The position numbers and the translations under genes were made by a program. A stretch of 64,000 bases of DNA from Hypanus sabinus (taxonomy: Eukaryota). The notes under the pieces are model-generated. The model had not been told where the DNA came from, did no database searches, and was given only the letters and a program-made list of their open reading frames with translations. Shown one piece after another: positions 26,740 to 40,899 of this stretch; the stretch's first letter is position 1, and the number at the start of each line of letters is the position of its first letter. The DNA is taken from NCBI RefSeq assembly GCF_030144855.1, contig NC_082714.1:135036001-135100000 (forward strand), in the 5' to 3' direction.

Positions 26740-27275
26740 CCAACAATAATCAGCCAGCATTGATGGAGTCCAGTTCCCCTAATACTGTTTCTCCTTGACC
26801 ACAATGTCCTGGTGAAACCGTTCACCTTGTTTGTCACCGAGAGCGACAAGATTTGCAGGGAAGTCTAACTGGGAATGCAGAAAAAGAATCTTTTAGTGAC
26901 ATGTTTCACTTCATGTTTTTATATGCTGGAAGCATATTGTCAACCAGCACACGTAGTATAGTGCTCTGAAGTTGCCAAGAAATTTTTCAAAGATATCCTT
27001 GAATGCCTTCCATGCGATTTTTTCCAGTTCCACTAGAAGTTCGTCAAAATGCCTGTCATTGATTATCTGCTTTATTTGTGGACCAACAAAAATGCCTTGC
27101 TTAATCTTGGCACCGGTTATTCTGACTTGAATTATGAATGGAAATAACAAATATAGGTGATTTCAAAAAACGGTGCATGATAGGGAAATGTCATGGCGAT
27201 TTTCATGATCAATAGCCCAAAATACATAAGATACACCCAAAAGTATTCAGGAAGCTAAATCTTTGTTATCCGGTG
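26740..27275 (-). mobile_element. Internally deleted Chapaev3-like (CMC) DNA transposon remnant
   Basis: Minus-strand peptides AKIKQGIFVGPQIKQ...AWKAFKDIFEKFLGN and GDKQGERFHQDI...WTPSMLADYCW. The terminus CACCGGATAACAAAG lies at 27275. The superfamily name is from recall. Confidence 0.7.
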
Positions 27276-27367
27276 TATTCAATAAATTTCTGTAAGATCC
27301 TCCCTCATCCTTCTAAACTCCAGCAACTACAGGCTAATGCTCCTGATATATTTGCCTTTTCATTAGA

Positions 27368-29690
27368 GCAAAAGATAAGGGAGCAAAATTAGGGTCATCA
27401 AGTCTGCTCCACCATCAGGGCTGATCCTATTTCCCTCTCAACCCCAATCTCCTGCCTTCTCCCTGAATCCCCTCATGCTCTGGACAATCACGAATCTTTT
27501 AACCTCTGCCTTAAATATACATAAAGACTTGACCTCCATTGCTGCCTGTGACAAAAAATTCCAAAGAATTCACACTCTCTGGCTAAAGAAATTCCTCCTC
27601 ATTTCCATTCTAAAAGGATTCCCCTCTATTCTGACACTGTGTTCTGGTCTTAGACTCTCCCACCATAGAAAACATCCTCTGCACATCAACTCTATCAAGG
27701 CCTGTCACCATCTGATAGGATGAGGATGACCTCATTGAAACCTAAGTCCTTCTGTAGCCTCTCTACTTCTTCAAAACCACCTGCCCCTCCATCTATCTTG
27801 ATAGCGTCTGCAAACCTTGCAACAAAGTCATCATTTCCATCATCCAAATCATTGACAAACTGTATAATGTAAAAAGAATCAGTCTCAACTCAGACCCCTG
27901 TGGAACACCATAAATCATCAGTAGCCAACCAGAAAATACTCCCTTTATTCCCACCTTTTGCCAGCTGTCAATCAGCCACTGCTTTTTCCATGCTAGAATC
28001 TTTCCTGTAATTCCATGGGCTCATTGCTTGTTAAGCAGCCTCATGTTTGGCACCTAGTCAAAAGCCTTCTGAAAATCCAAGCATACAACATCAACCGATG
28101 CTCCTTTGTCTGTCATCTGTGGAATCATTCTCATTTACCTCCTTTGAACCATCTCCCATGCCAGCACATCCTTCCTGATATATGGAGCCCAAAACTACTC
28201 ACAGTACTCCAGCTGTAGCATGACCAATGCCTTACAAATCCTTTATATTCTAGTCCTCTCAACATGGATGTTAACATTGCACTTGCCTTCCTTACCACTG
28301 ATTCAACCTGCAAGTTAACCTTCAGGGAATTCTGCACTATTACTCCCAAATCCCTTTGCATCTCCAATTTCTGAATTCTCTCCCCATTTAGAAAATAATC
28401 TACACATTTATTCCTTTTACCAAAGTGCATGACTATACATTTCCTTATGCTATATTCCACCTGCTACTTCTTTGCCTATTCTCCCAATCATCTAAGTCCT
28501 TCCGCAGACTCTCTGCTTGCTCAACACTACCTCCCTCTCCACCTATGTTTGTATCATCTAGAAGCTTCGTCACAAAGCCATCAATTTCATTATCTAGATC
28601 ATTAATATGTAGGATGAAAAGTAGTGGACTCCACACAGGTCCCCATGGAACACCACTAGTCCCCTCCATTCAACCAGAAAAGGCCCCTTCTATTCCCACT
28701 GTTTGCCTCCTGCCAATTAATCTATCTTTTATCAAGGCTTGTACTTCTCCTGTAATACCAGGGGCTCTTATCTTGTTTAGCAGACTCAAATGAGGTATCT
28801 TGTCAAAAGGCTTCAAAAAATCCAAGTAAACACAATCTACTGCCTCTCCTTTGCCTAACCTGCTTGCTATTTCTTCAATTCCATCAAATTTGCCAGGCAA
28901 GATCTCCCCTTAAGGAAACAATGACCATTGTATTTTATCATGCATTTCCAAGTACCCCAAAACCTCATCATTAATACTAGACTCTAAAATTTTACCAACC
29001 ACTCTTGTCTGGCTAACCAGTCTATATTTCCTGTCTTTTGCCTCCCCCTCTTCTTAAGAAGTGGAGAGACATTTGCAACTTTCCAGTTCTCTGGAAACAT
29101 TCCTAACTCTAGCGATTCTTGAAAGATCACTACTAGTGTCTCCACAGTCTCTTTAACTTCCTCTTTCAGAACTCTGGGATGTAGTATCCCTGCTCCAGGT
29201 GACTTACCACCTTCAGACCTTTGCGTTTTCAAGCACCTTCTCTTAGTAATAGGAACTACATAATAGTAAAAAAAATTGTGTGCCCTCTCTTTTGTTTTTA
29301 CACTGTCTTTGACTTCAAATGCCAGCTATAGGTACCTCATCCACCCCTTAGAATGCTGTTTCTTCTTTAGGATGAAATTATCCTACACTTTCTGATTACT
29401 CCCAGGAACTCCTACTATTGCAGTTCTATTGTCATCCCTGTTAGGATCCCCTTCCAATCAACTTTAGCCAGCTCTTCCCTCATGCCCTTGTAGATAACTA
29501 ATATTAATGCATCCGAGTTTAGCTTCTCAGTCTCATAATGCAGAGTGAATTCTATCACATTATGATCATTATCTCCTAAAGGTTACTTTACCTTAAGCTC
29601 CCTAATCAAATCTGGTTCATTGTACAACAGCAAATCCAGAATTGCCTTAATTGCCTTTTCTCTTGTGGGCTGGACTACAAGCTGTTCTAA
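27368..29690 (-). mobile_element. Cluster of CR1 LINE fragments (3' ends, RT domain, endonuclease-adjacent part)
   Basis: Peptides WKVANVSPLLKK, VDCVYLDFLKPFDKIPH, SGVPWGPVWSPLLFILHINDLD, LLDDTNIGG, KCIVMHFGKRN and QRDLGVIV. The segments 27745-28090 and 28490-28830 are paralogous copies. Confidence 0.9.
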
Positions 29691-30174
29691 ATATATTCGC
29701 AAAAAAGAGGAAAATAACATGTTTGTCTGTTAATTTCCTTGAAGTGTGGGTTCATCTGGTGGTTCATCTTCCTGTTCCTTGGTGTAGCCTAACGCAGAAC
29801 TGATTGGTAAAATCATTGCAAAAAAGGTGCTCTTCTACATGTAAAAGCCTGAATGTGGATGGTGCCAATGGCAAAGGGTCAGTCGTAGGAAGATTAATAT
29901 CTTCCTACAATATTTCACTGGGGAAGTGCTCCGAGGGATACAACATGCCTGGCTGTTCTGACAAAGTAGTTTCAGGTATGCTGTTGTGTTGGGAATTTCT
30001 TTGCATTGACCAGCACACTTTCATCGGAAGCAATGATTGAAACAAGGAGGAAGAGCTGCAATATATTATTTAAAAATTAATATTGGGACAAACAAAATAT
30101 TATTACAGTTGTAGAAAGCTGTGTGAAGACAAAAAAAAACTTTAGCATACAGACCTGTGTATGTGCTTCATACT

Positions 30175-30567
30175 GCAAGAGGACCACAACCTTGTCATGG
30201 TTTGAAGGCTTGTGTGCCTCAATGACCTGGAGAGCTATTTTGGCTGGAGTCAAGGCTTTATGCTTTAGCTCTTGGTAGAGCCAAAGGGTAGAGGGCAGAC
30301 TAAGAGTGGTCCACCAGCTTTCCATGTTCAGGGGTTCAGCTCTGGGCTAACAACCCTGACTGGTAAGCAAAATAGTTACAGAAAAAGCAATGAAGAATCC
30401 TTCTATGTCTGAGTGCCTTGGTGTTACTGAGTCTCCACCCAGAACTTGCATGACTCACAGTGGTGAAAACAGAGGAAGCTACTGAGATGATGAAGGAAGC
30501 CTTGAACAACGCCAGAGATGAAGGATGTTCATTGCTTCCCTAACCTGCAACGCTGTGATAGGCAGTG
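30175..30567 (+). mobile_element. Non-autonomous RTE-derived retroelement (5'UTR joined to 3' end)
   Basis: accttgtcatggtt...gcttgtgtgcctcaatgacc is an RTE 5'UTR-like start. The end resembles an RTE 3' terminus (gccagagatgaagg...ttcattgcttcccta...ggcagt). Confidence 0.6.
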
Positions 30568-30829
30568 GGGAAAAAAATGCTTAAAGCATCAACCCATTTG
30601 CTTTTTTATTTTGAAGGTATGATTCTGGTTTATTTTCTCTTTACTTTTTAATCTAATTTATTAGAAATTAGGAAGAATTTTAAAGTGAGAGGAAATGTAA
30701 AAATCTAAAGGAAAATTCAAAGCCAAGAGCAGTCTGGTAGTTTGGGTAATGATAGGCAGAGAGTAATGGAAGGCAGAGAGAATTTAATGGCAATAGTGAG
30801 CTCATGAGAAAAAGACAAAACTCAATCAA

Positions 30830-31560
30830 AAAACATTAAAGCCATTTTTGAATGCATGAAGCGTTTGTTATGAGGTTAATGAGTTAATGACACAAATTGA
30901 GATAAATGGGTTTGATATAATAGCTATCACAAAGGTATGATTACACAGTGACCAAGGTTGCAAACTGAATATTTCAGGGAGCAGCATTTTAAAAAGATAA
31001 CAAAATCAGAAAGATGGGGTGAGTAAGCCCTGATAATAGAAGATATTTCTTGGAAACTTACTATTAAGTTCAGCATGCGCTATATAGTTAACAGTTCAGC
31101 ATGTTTAGCAATATCATCCATGGACAAACTTCGAGCCAGACATGAAGACAATAGTAGAGAAGATCAGGTTGCATAATCATTCTATAAGGATAAGAAATAA
31201 TAAATGAAAAGGCTCGACTTACAGGCTCCCTATCAACAGACACATGCCAAGAAAGGAGAAGAGTTGAAAGAAACTATGTAGTAAACATGATGAACTTTGA
31301 TCTTCATATAACTGCACAAATCAAATCAGAAAAAAAGTATTTTAAATATTTTTGTGTTCATTGCAAAATATTTCCCAAGAGATGAGAATATCTGGAAACA
31401 ACTATGGAATCAGGTATTTCCTTTTATATCTTGTTCTATGCAGTAAGATAACAGTAATTAATAGTCATATGATAACGAATAAAACAAAATAAATTTCACA
31501 TTTAAGTCTGATGGGATTTAGTAAAAGTCTCAATCTTAAATAAACCTGATTGCACTGGTA
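30830..31560 (+). mobile_element. Degraded CR1 ORF2 endonuclease fragment
   Basis: aatgcatgaagc...gttaatgagtta...tttgatataatagctatcaca encodes an NARS...VDEL...DIIAITE-like motif. Confidence 0.6.
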
Positions 31561-33199
31561 GGAAATTTTTAGCATAGCAATAATTTAACTGCTACCTCAT
31601 ATAAGCAGCTCGTAATTTGGAAAGCAATGTTTATTTCCGAGTCTGTCCTTGTAGTGTTGTAAACTGAAAAATGACTTTCAGTGGCAAATAAAACTTTCTT
31701 TTAAAATGTTACTTGGCTAATTTCCTGATTAATGGGAAGAGAGAAAAGGAAATGAAAGAAAAAGAAAATGGATGCAGAAACACGATGGTGAATATTTGTT
31801 AGATGCAGCCAGATACATAATGGAAGATCAATAAGTTCTATCATCATTGTGAATTAGACAGGATCAGATCATAATGCATGGAATACTTGCCATTACATTA
31901 ACAATTATGTACAATTTCTTATAATTTTTGAACATAAAATTGTCCATTTTCCCTTTTTCCTACCCAATTCATAGACCCCTGCAGAGTAATTGTCAGTTGC
32001 CAGGGTAACAGGATACATTAGAAATACTATCAAAGAGCTGCATAGATTTACAAACTTGTGTGGTATATTCCTATATTTAGAATTATTCTTCAGTTTGGAT
32101 TCAGGGATTTCTGTAACTGTTTCCTTTCTGCATGTTTTATTTTTAACTCTACATTCTTTCCCAAAGTTAGTCATACACAGAGAGATATAATTCGACATTT
32201 CAAAAGGCTATTCTGTAATTTCATCCAAAATGTTATTTTTTGAGCAAGACCACATTAAGCTACTGGTCTTTACACAATCCGGCCCTCCCTAAGTTCACAA
32301 GCAGTTACACTTTAAGCAGGAACACAGCAAATCAGGCAGCATTTTTAGAGTTCCTCCAGAATATTGCGTGTTGCTCAAGATTTCCAGCAACTGTAGAATC
32401 TCTTGTGTTTATACTCAAAGCAGAAATTGTTGGCTAACGGTTAAGATCAAGTACTTCGGTTGATAATGTTGTACCAACACCTTGTGGTACCAAACCCAAC
32501 TTTTGTAGCAAAATTGTTATTGAAAGATTGATACAGCACAGAACTAGAATTAATTACAAGATTTTCCAAGAGACAACCTCTAAAAAAAACTTTATTTCAC
32601 AATCAACTGTGTAGTTATGACTTAGAAATTCATCACTGGAGAACATTTACTCAGTTGAAGAGATCTGAAGAAGGAAATTACAGTTCAGTTCTTTTGCATT
32701 TATAATGAGTAAATACCTAACAACTTTGTCATTAAAACCATAAAGGCCCACGTCAAATGATAAAGACAATGCTAAAGAATAATGACCATGGATTTGGACA
32801 AAATTATTTAAGTAGCTATAATTTACCCAATATTAGAATGTAATAGTCCTACAAACTGTATATGTGGGCAAAAATTGCTTTCAGCAGAGAAAAAAAATGT
32901 ATGGACAACTGTTTTGCTATCACACCATTTGTTCTGCTTTCCAAGGCAAATTTATACCATCAAGTTTTTAAGTGATCAGTGGAATAAATATGAATTAAAG
33001 TCAAGAAAACTGCAGATACCAAATATCTGATATAAAGCAGAAACTGCTGTGGAAAGAGAAACGGAGTTAAATTTTAAGGACAAAGATCTTAAAGGGTCCT
33101 CAATCTGAAATGCTAACTCTGCTTCTTTTTACACAAATGTTGTCTGACCTGCTAAAAGTTTCTAATATTTTCTGAATGATGCAAACAAGACAAGAAAAG

Positions 33200-34090
33200 C
33201 TAAGATCTATGAGACTGTTATCTCCTGACCCACCTTCAGCTATTGACAGGATCGGGTTTTTAAAGGGAGTTTGGCATCGATGAACTCAATGGGAACTAGA
33301 GGAAATCCTTTCATTGGAGGCAGCCATATCTTGCACAAAGAAGTATATTAGTGCTGAAGGTAAATCTTCTTAGGCAAGGGATGTCTTTGAAAGAATTCCC
33401 TAAGACTTTGACCCAACAACCCTCAACCACTTTTCAGTTATCACCCCTCTATCCAAGGGTCAGAAGTGGCATTTTGTGATTTCTTCACAATTCCTCAGAT
33501 GATGATGTAGACTGCCACTGCTGCACCAAGATCCAAATAAGTCAGCATTTGTCTGGAAATTGCCAAGTAAATTTTCATTGCACATTTTGATAATGACCAT
33601 CTCCAGCAAGAATAAGTTCAAATATTTCTCTTTAACATCCAAAAGCACTTCATTGTTAAATTTACCCACTGCCAAATTTCTTGGTTGATAAAGCAAGCTA
33701 TTGATCACCACTGATCATAAATTGAACCAGACCAGCCATATAATTACTTTGATTAAGAGACCAGGTTAGAACCTGTTTACTTTGTGCTGAGAAATTTAAC
33801 TTGTGACTTTCCTAAACCTTTCCACTACTAACAATGTAAAGTCAAGAGTAAGCTGTTATGCTAATTACCTTGATGTGTATCACTCTAACAACACTCATCC
33901 ATCAACACAATCCATAACAAAGCAAGTTGCTTGATTAGTGCCACATTACGTTTTCTTAGAAATTCACTCTTGCCACTAACAGAAGGCAGCGCTAGCATTG
34001 TGCAAATTCCATAAAATGCTCTGTTGCAGCTTGCCAAGATTCCTTTAACAAATCTCCAAGATCCATGACTTTTACGACCTTTTTAATGAA
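33200..34090 (+). mobile_element. Highly degraded LINE (CR1/L2-like) fragment
   Basis: The sequence loosely follows RT-to-3'-end motifs of common chondrichthyan LINEs. It has no intact ORF. Confidence 0.4.
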
Positions 34091-37000
34091 ACCTGAATAT
34101 AGGGGTGGGTATGCTGCGTAACCAATGGCAAGTTCACAAGGTTAAGGTGATTGAAAGTCTTGCACCAAAACTTATAGAAAACACACAACATTGGTAATGT
34201 TTATATTACTGAGAATCAGTAATAGCAACAGATAATCATTTCCACAAATTACAAAACTGTAAAAAAGAGAGGCACATTTTAATATTGGAGTGATGGTCCA
34301 AGAATAAAATCGTTCGTGGATTTTGGGGAATGAAGTATTGGTGTAGGTGAGATATGTGATGCATTCCAATTGCTTGTTGTTTGCTTCCAAATGACCCTTT
34401 ATATTATAAAACTTACTTCTTAACCTGAGTTATAGATTCTTGGTTTGCACATTATATTCTTCCTTATAGCTTGCAATCATTTATTGAGTTTGCAAAGATG
34501 AACCAGTTTAAAATGCTTCCTCAAGCTCTGCTGCCATCAGAATGCTTTTTAATTTTTCTTCCATAATGACACAAAAATTCCCATGATTATGGTGGTACAC
34601 TGTGTTTAAGTTACTGAACTAGACTGGAGTCATAATTCAGTTGCATAAGTTTGATCTCACAGTGGAGATTGGAGCTTAAAGGCAAGCAGTGAAGTACATT
34701 TGAAATAAAAAGGTAGAATTGATAATGGTGACCAAAATCACAATATGACTCAGTAAAGGAGCATCTAGTTTACCAACATCCTCAAGAACAGGAAACCTCT
34801 CATTCTTCTTTTCCGTACGTCGATGATTCCTGGCTGTCTTCTGAAATGACTCAATGTTATTCTGCAGAAGTGCTATTTACTGTTGGACAATTATGCCTGC
34901 ACTTGCTAGCGATGGCTACATCCTATAAACAATTGCCTTGAACGAGTGAAAGTAATAATATATTTTTTAAAATGAAACTTCTCTTTATGTAGTTTTGTAG
35001 CCTTCTCCACTGAAATCCAGGGTAATTCAGCTGAATTACAAACAGGCCCAATTTCAAAAGATTCCTGAAAATATCATGCCTCCTTGCATAAAATAGAAGA
35101 AAGAGTTTAATGACATACTATGTTAAAATTATGGCTTAGTCCTAAATGCCAAATTTTATGTATGAGGATTTTAGATAAGTTATTCAACATTTCACTTTTT
35201 AAAATATATATTTCAGTCTTTATCTTAATAAGAAGCATATATGCCAATCTTTTAGCAATCTATACATATTTTAAAAGTAAACTAAAAGAAAATACTTTAT
35301 TGCCTATGAGAATGTTTTAATGTGACTGTTTCTTTTTATTCTTTATTCATCAAATTTGGGAGTGTTGCTGGCAAAACCAACATTTGTTTGTGTCCCCATA
35401 TGCCTTAGCTTTCTGGAGAGCAGTTAGGAGTTGACCATTTGACTGCAGATCTAGAGTCACAAATAGGTCTGACTGGGAAAAGATGGCTGCTCTCCTTCCC
35501 AAAAGAGCAAAATTGATTTTCTTTTTTTTAAAACATTACAGAAAACTTTTTAAATTCAGATTATTTGATTAACTGAATGTAAATGTCTAATCTTCTTCAA
35601 TGGAATGTAAACCTGTGCCCCCAGTTCTCTACGCAAGTAGTTCAGTATAATAACCATAGAACTACCATTCCACACTGATAATGTTTGCTGCTGACACCAA
35701 GATTCAGGCAAAAAGCATGATCAGTCGAGGTTTCTTCTCAAATGCATGATATACTTTAATTGGAACTATTATCCAGCAAAAGTTCATTTTTAAAATAGTT
35801 ATTTTTCAGCCCAGTGTTGTTGCATGCATCCTCCTAGTTGCCTATATGGTCCACCTTATTTTCCCTTAAATCCTTTAACCCCATTAACCATAATTTCTTC
35901 AGTTCCCTTGCCTCCATTCTATAGAGTTCCTCCACTGAATATCTCCACCTTGAATTCTTAACTTTCGGAGGGCTCATTAAAAACAAGATTTATTTTTCTT
36001 AAAACAAAATGAATTATTTTTTCAAATAAAATATGTACAACTGATTTCTGGGTCAAACTAGGTTTCTACTAATTTAATATGGAAAAATATCCAAAATTAT
36101 TTATGCCAACCTTGAATTTTCAGTGAAAATTTCAGTTCCTCTTCCCTCATGCATGATTATATGCCATTCTTGATTTGGTTTCTTTTGAATTACTGATAAT
36201 TTTATCTCATCTTTTATATTTCATAACTATAAATACAAAAAATGAGATAATTTAATGTTTTCTACCACTTATTGCAAGCCCTTTATCAGCTTTCTTGACA
36301 GACAATTGTTAATTACTAACCTAGATGAAATGGATTTTACCTATTGAGGCATGGTAAAGCCAGCAATACGGGCTTCTGTAACAATTTATATCCTCATTGT
36401 TAAATGCTCCACCCCCCCCCCCCAACTGCCAAACGGTAAGCCATTCCATTGGCAACTTCATAGCCCTAAATGATTTGGAACTAAGTGTGATGATCCCAAA
36501 TATGTTGTATCACAAATACCATTCCAATATGGATTACTTTTATAAGAGATCAAAGGCAAAGGAGGGGATAAAAGGATAACAAAATACTGGATATAATGGA
36601 AAGCTTAAATAGTAATATGAAATACTGAAGATGCATAGATAGTCACTGAAGAGAAAAATTGAATCAACATTTCAGATTGATGACATTTCAGCAGAACTGG
36701 AACAAAACACAGTTTAACAATTTTTAAGTCACGAACAGTGGTTGAGTTAGTAAAAATAAGAAGGGGAAAGACAGACGAAAAGCAGTAGTGATTAAAGAGT
36801 GAAAGGGAGTGGTAAATGGAACAGTAAACTAAAGATGTGCCGAGAGGAGCAAGGATAATGACAACACAACCTCGGATGTTATAATTCCTCAAGATTAAGT
36901 GTTCATTGGTGCATTATGAGGCTACGAACAGAGCAATTATGGCATTGGACATGCAGGTAGCAAGGAAGAAGACAACAGAAACAAAACCTTACCACAGGTT

Positions 37001-38917
37001 TTGGTAGAATATGGATAAGAAATGAAGGAAGTAGTCAGGAAAATGGGATGGAAATGGCCGATGAAAAGTAATAACAGTAGAGACCTTTCATTAACTGAGG
37101 GAAACATCATTAAGGAAGCATTGATGTGAAAGGCTGTGTTTTCAAACCAGTAATACATAATGAGAGAAAGTGGAAAATTGGCAGTTTGGAAGGAAGCAAA
37201 CCACTGCTGCTGAGAAAATCAATTGGCTTATAATGCTTAATAGATAATCCACCAGAAACCGAAACACATATTGGAGATGTTTTGAAGATGGACAAAGTAC
37301 AGATGATGAAAGGGTGAAAACTGCAACAAGAATTGATGAAATTTGCATTTTAGGGAAGACAGCCAGAAGCACTTATACAATTATCAGTATATTCCTAAAT
37401 ACGATGGAAGGGGATGCAGTAAGAACAAAAGACATCCCAAGTATCTGCAAAATATAAAGGTTTATACAATATATAAGGGTTTCCCTAGCACCATCTTTTA
37501 TTTGGAAGAAATCCAATCCAAAGTTTTTCAATGTGAGATTAAATTCAGCCAGAAAGAGTTGCACTCATCATTGGGAAATAGTTAGACCTTAATTCAAGTA
37601 GTAAGTAGAAGACCCAAAAACACATCTAGGGGGATTGAAGGTACAGTGGAGAAAATGAGCTTGTTAAGAACTATTAAAAAGCAAATTGCACAGGTAAAAG
37701 AAAGGAAAATAAAGTTAAGTATGTCCACATAAGGAAGACGTGCCAATGTCACAACACACTTAGTCAAATTTATGCTGTGAAATAAGTGTATTATAAAATT
37801 CTATGTATCAGACCTACTGCACCAATATATATGACATTCCATATATGGCGCTTTGGAGATAATTACACAAGAAAGAGAGAAGTCAATGACAACATCGTAT
37901 TCTCTCAACTGTAACACATTTAGTCTCAAGGACTACCATGATAGTTGCAGAGAGAAGTCAGAAATTTAGTATTTTGCAGCTGCACTAAAATTGTCTTTTC
38001 TGATTGCAGTGCCTTTGATGTTTTGCTGTTTCAGCAACTCGGAGCCTAAGTAATTTCACACTGGGACTAAAATGGCAGCACATTCAGTTTGCAAATGATC
38101 GATGACTATTATAACCTACAAGTCACGTAAGGTGTCCTAAAACAAAACAATTATTGATCTGATTCTGCGTATTTGTATCAGTTTTTGTTGAATGAAGCAA
38201 ACTGAAACAGATTAATTTAATGCCTCATTTAATTCCAGTATAGTATGCTGCCTGGTAACATTGATGGCAAAGGAATTTTATATAGTGTAAACCCTTTCAC
38301 TTCCCAAACTTAATCTCTTCCACAGCAGACCACCCTTGTCTCTCATCTCAGATTATATCATGGCACATTTTCAGCTAAGAGACTGCGTCAACATGGAACA
38401 GAATTAGGACGGCTCAAGCATTGCTTGTACTCTCACAAGGAAGACGGTGACCTATGAGTCTAATTAAAGGGCTATGTCCTTCATTCATTTGAACAGCAGT
38501 TGAAACCATTATGTAAATTACACAAGCGGTGGTACACTTTTCAACGGAGTTCACTTGCAATATCGTTGGCCAGAGCAGTTAACAATCGAACTTAATCATG
38601 GGTACTCATTTAAGTGCCTATGTTTAAGACCTAAGTCTATAAACAAATTAGATCCCAAGTGCCAGAGGACTTTAAAATAATTCAATCACAATTTTAAGAT
38701 TTGAGTGTGGTTTAAGGACAGGAAAGTGCAGAGGTTGCCTCTAATATTGTAGAGACAGTAGTATAGTTAATGCTTCAGGTCAAGATCTTACATTAGTCCT
38801 TCACAGATGCTGCCAGACCTGCTAAGTTTCTCCAGCAGTTTGTTTTTGCTCCAGTTCCGTCTCATGTCTCCTTTTGTCTAATATTTAATGAGGAATATGG
38901 CTGCCGGATTTGCATCA

Positions 38918-38936
38918 TGCTACCATCTAGTGGCCA
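38918..38936 (-). promoter_or_regulatory. Candidate CTCF site
   Basis: Minus strand TGGCCACTAGATGGTAGCA, close to the CTCF core TGGCCACYAGRKGGCRSYA. Confidence 0.5.
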
Positions 38937-39349
38937 TATTATGAATGAACGAGTTCCCTTCGAAAAACAATCCCTCATGAGTTACTGTTCACAAATGAGC
39001 TGTTACCTTATAGCAGGGTTGCCATGCCATTTTGCCAAATTGGCGATAATCTTCTAAAAAAAAATTCTCATATGCCAGAGATCATTCTAAATTAGTAACG
39101 ATAATTATGGATTTTGATGTAAAAGGATGAGTCATGTTGCTTACTTACATGAATTCAATGTTTTATATTAATAGAGATTGATTGAAATTAAGCATTTTAG
39201 AAAACCTGCCTAAGTTAACATAGTAATCTTTTGAAAAGGCAACTAAAAAGCAACATCATTTCTAAATAATACTGATATTGTATCTCATATATAAACTGTG
39301 AATGTGAAATTATAAGCATTGGCACATACAAAACAAACTAAACCCATTT

Positions 39350-40870
39350 ACTCTTAGTGATACTTTCGTTGTTGCACTGACCGATATCAGTCTTGTATTT
39401 ATCGATTTGAGAGCTATCCCAGTAGCACTAGTTTCATCAGTCAACTTCCATAATTAGGCATAACCAAGTTCATCACTAAAAACAAAAAATGTCAATGAAA
39501 ATAATGTTAATATTGGTATTGTAAGATTTTTTAGACAGAAGTTTCAGGAATGGAATTTCAGTGTTTCAGAACCTCACTCTTTGGACTGTTATGCTTTGAT
39601 CCAGTCACCAGCCAAACTCTTTCAACATTTTTTCATTCAGTTCCTAACTCGACAATTTTTTGCCTCCAATTTAAAATGTTTTCTAAATCAGTTAATTGTA
39701 TTTCAAAATTAACCTAATTAATCCTCAGCAATATTTCTAAATTCAGTTTGTCTAATGTCACACAACATAATGAACTTTGCATTTTCTTCAGATAACTTGA
39801 GATTAATGAATCTTAAAGAAAATTGTTCGGTACAAGTGTTGCTCAAAAATTGCATTCATAAGCCCTGAATGTGTCTTTGCAAGAAATTCAGTATATGGAG
39901 AGTGTTTCTTTATGTTTGGGAAATATTTCAAAAGTGCTATTTTCAGCATCATGTTTAAATACTTAGTTTGATTTCAAAGGCCTTTGTATTACCAAACATC
40001 AAGTGTGTCAGATCCCGCTAACTTGGTATTCAAGTAATTTAAATCCGAGGAGAAATCTGCAAAAATAAAATTCAATCAACAAATCCATGCAATGTCATAT
40101 AGTTGTGAAACAAAAAAATTTTATTCATTAAAAAGAGATAAATTTCATCTGAACACTCAATGAATTGCTTAAGGACAGAACATCTACTAAGCTAATGAAC
40201 ATTGTTAGACATAAGTAGTTCTTTGTACACCTAATTCACTCCGCTCAGTAAATTCTAAAATTGTCTTTTTTTCCCCAAAGCATGACAGAAAATAAAATTA
40301 ATTACCATTGTTACAGTTTTCATCACTTCAAGGCCAGCTTTTGCACTCAGAGCCTCCCTGTGCACTATACTATGAACGCCTTATCAGTGGATGTCCCAAC
40401 ATATTTTACGGATTGACAAAAATCTTCCTCTTATCAATCATGCTGGGTGCACCATCAATTGTCACAAAACTGTTTTTGAAAGGTTAACTTGAAGACCAAT
40501 TATTTTATTACCGCCTTACACATTTCAACCTCTTTACCAAGTTAAACAGTTCTTCGCATATTTCATCATCTCTACAAAATGGAGGAGTAATGGCAAGCCT
40601 GGCTGATGAAGTAACATCGATGCTCCCATCAAGATAAATGGAAAGAAATTTACATGAATTAATGTCTTTTGTCAGTTGTTCTGCTACGATTGTTCACCCC
40701 TTATTAATGTTCTATCTTTTACTGTGTTTCTGCTTACTGGTAAATCCTTAATATACTGAATATTTTTTTCTACTTTCTGGAAAACCATCTAAAGAAAAGC
40801 ACACTTTAACCATGATTCTTCAACAAATTCCCTACCATTAAGCAGTTTTCCACATTGAGCAACGTCCTTT
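39350..40870 (-). mobile_element. Fossil hAT (Charlie/SPIN/GTF2IRD2-like) transposase
   Basis: Ordered minus-strand remnants: LPVSRNTV, FLSIYLDGSIDVTSSARLAI (cf. FSLALDESTD), VTIDGAPSM (cf. TTDGAPSM), VHSIVHREAL (cf. HCIIHQEAL), and NVH*LSRCSVLKQF (cf. EVRWLSRGKVLKRF). Confidence 0.75.
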
Positions 40871-40899
40871 AAAACCACAGAATTATATCTATGTACTTA

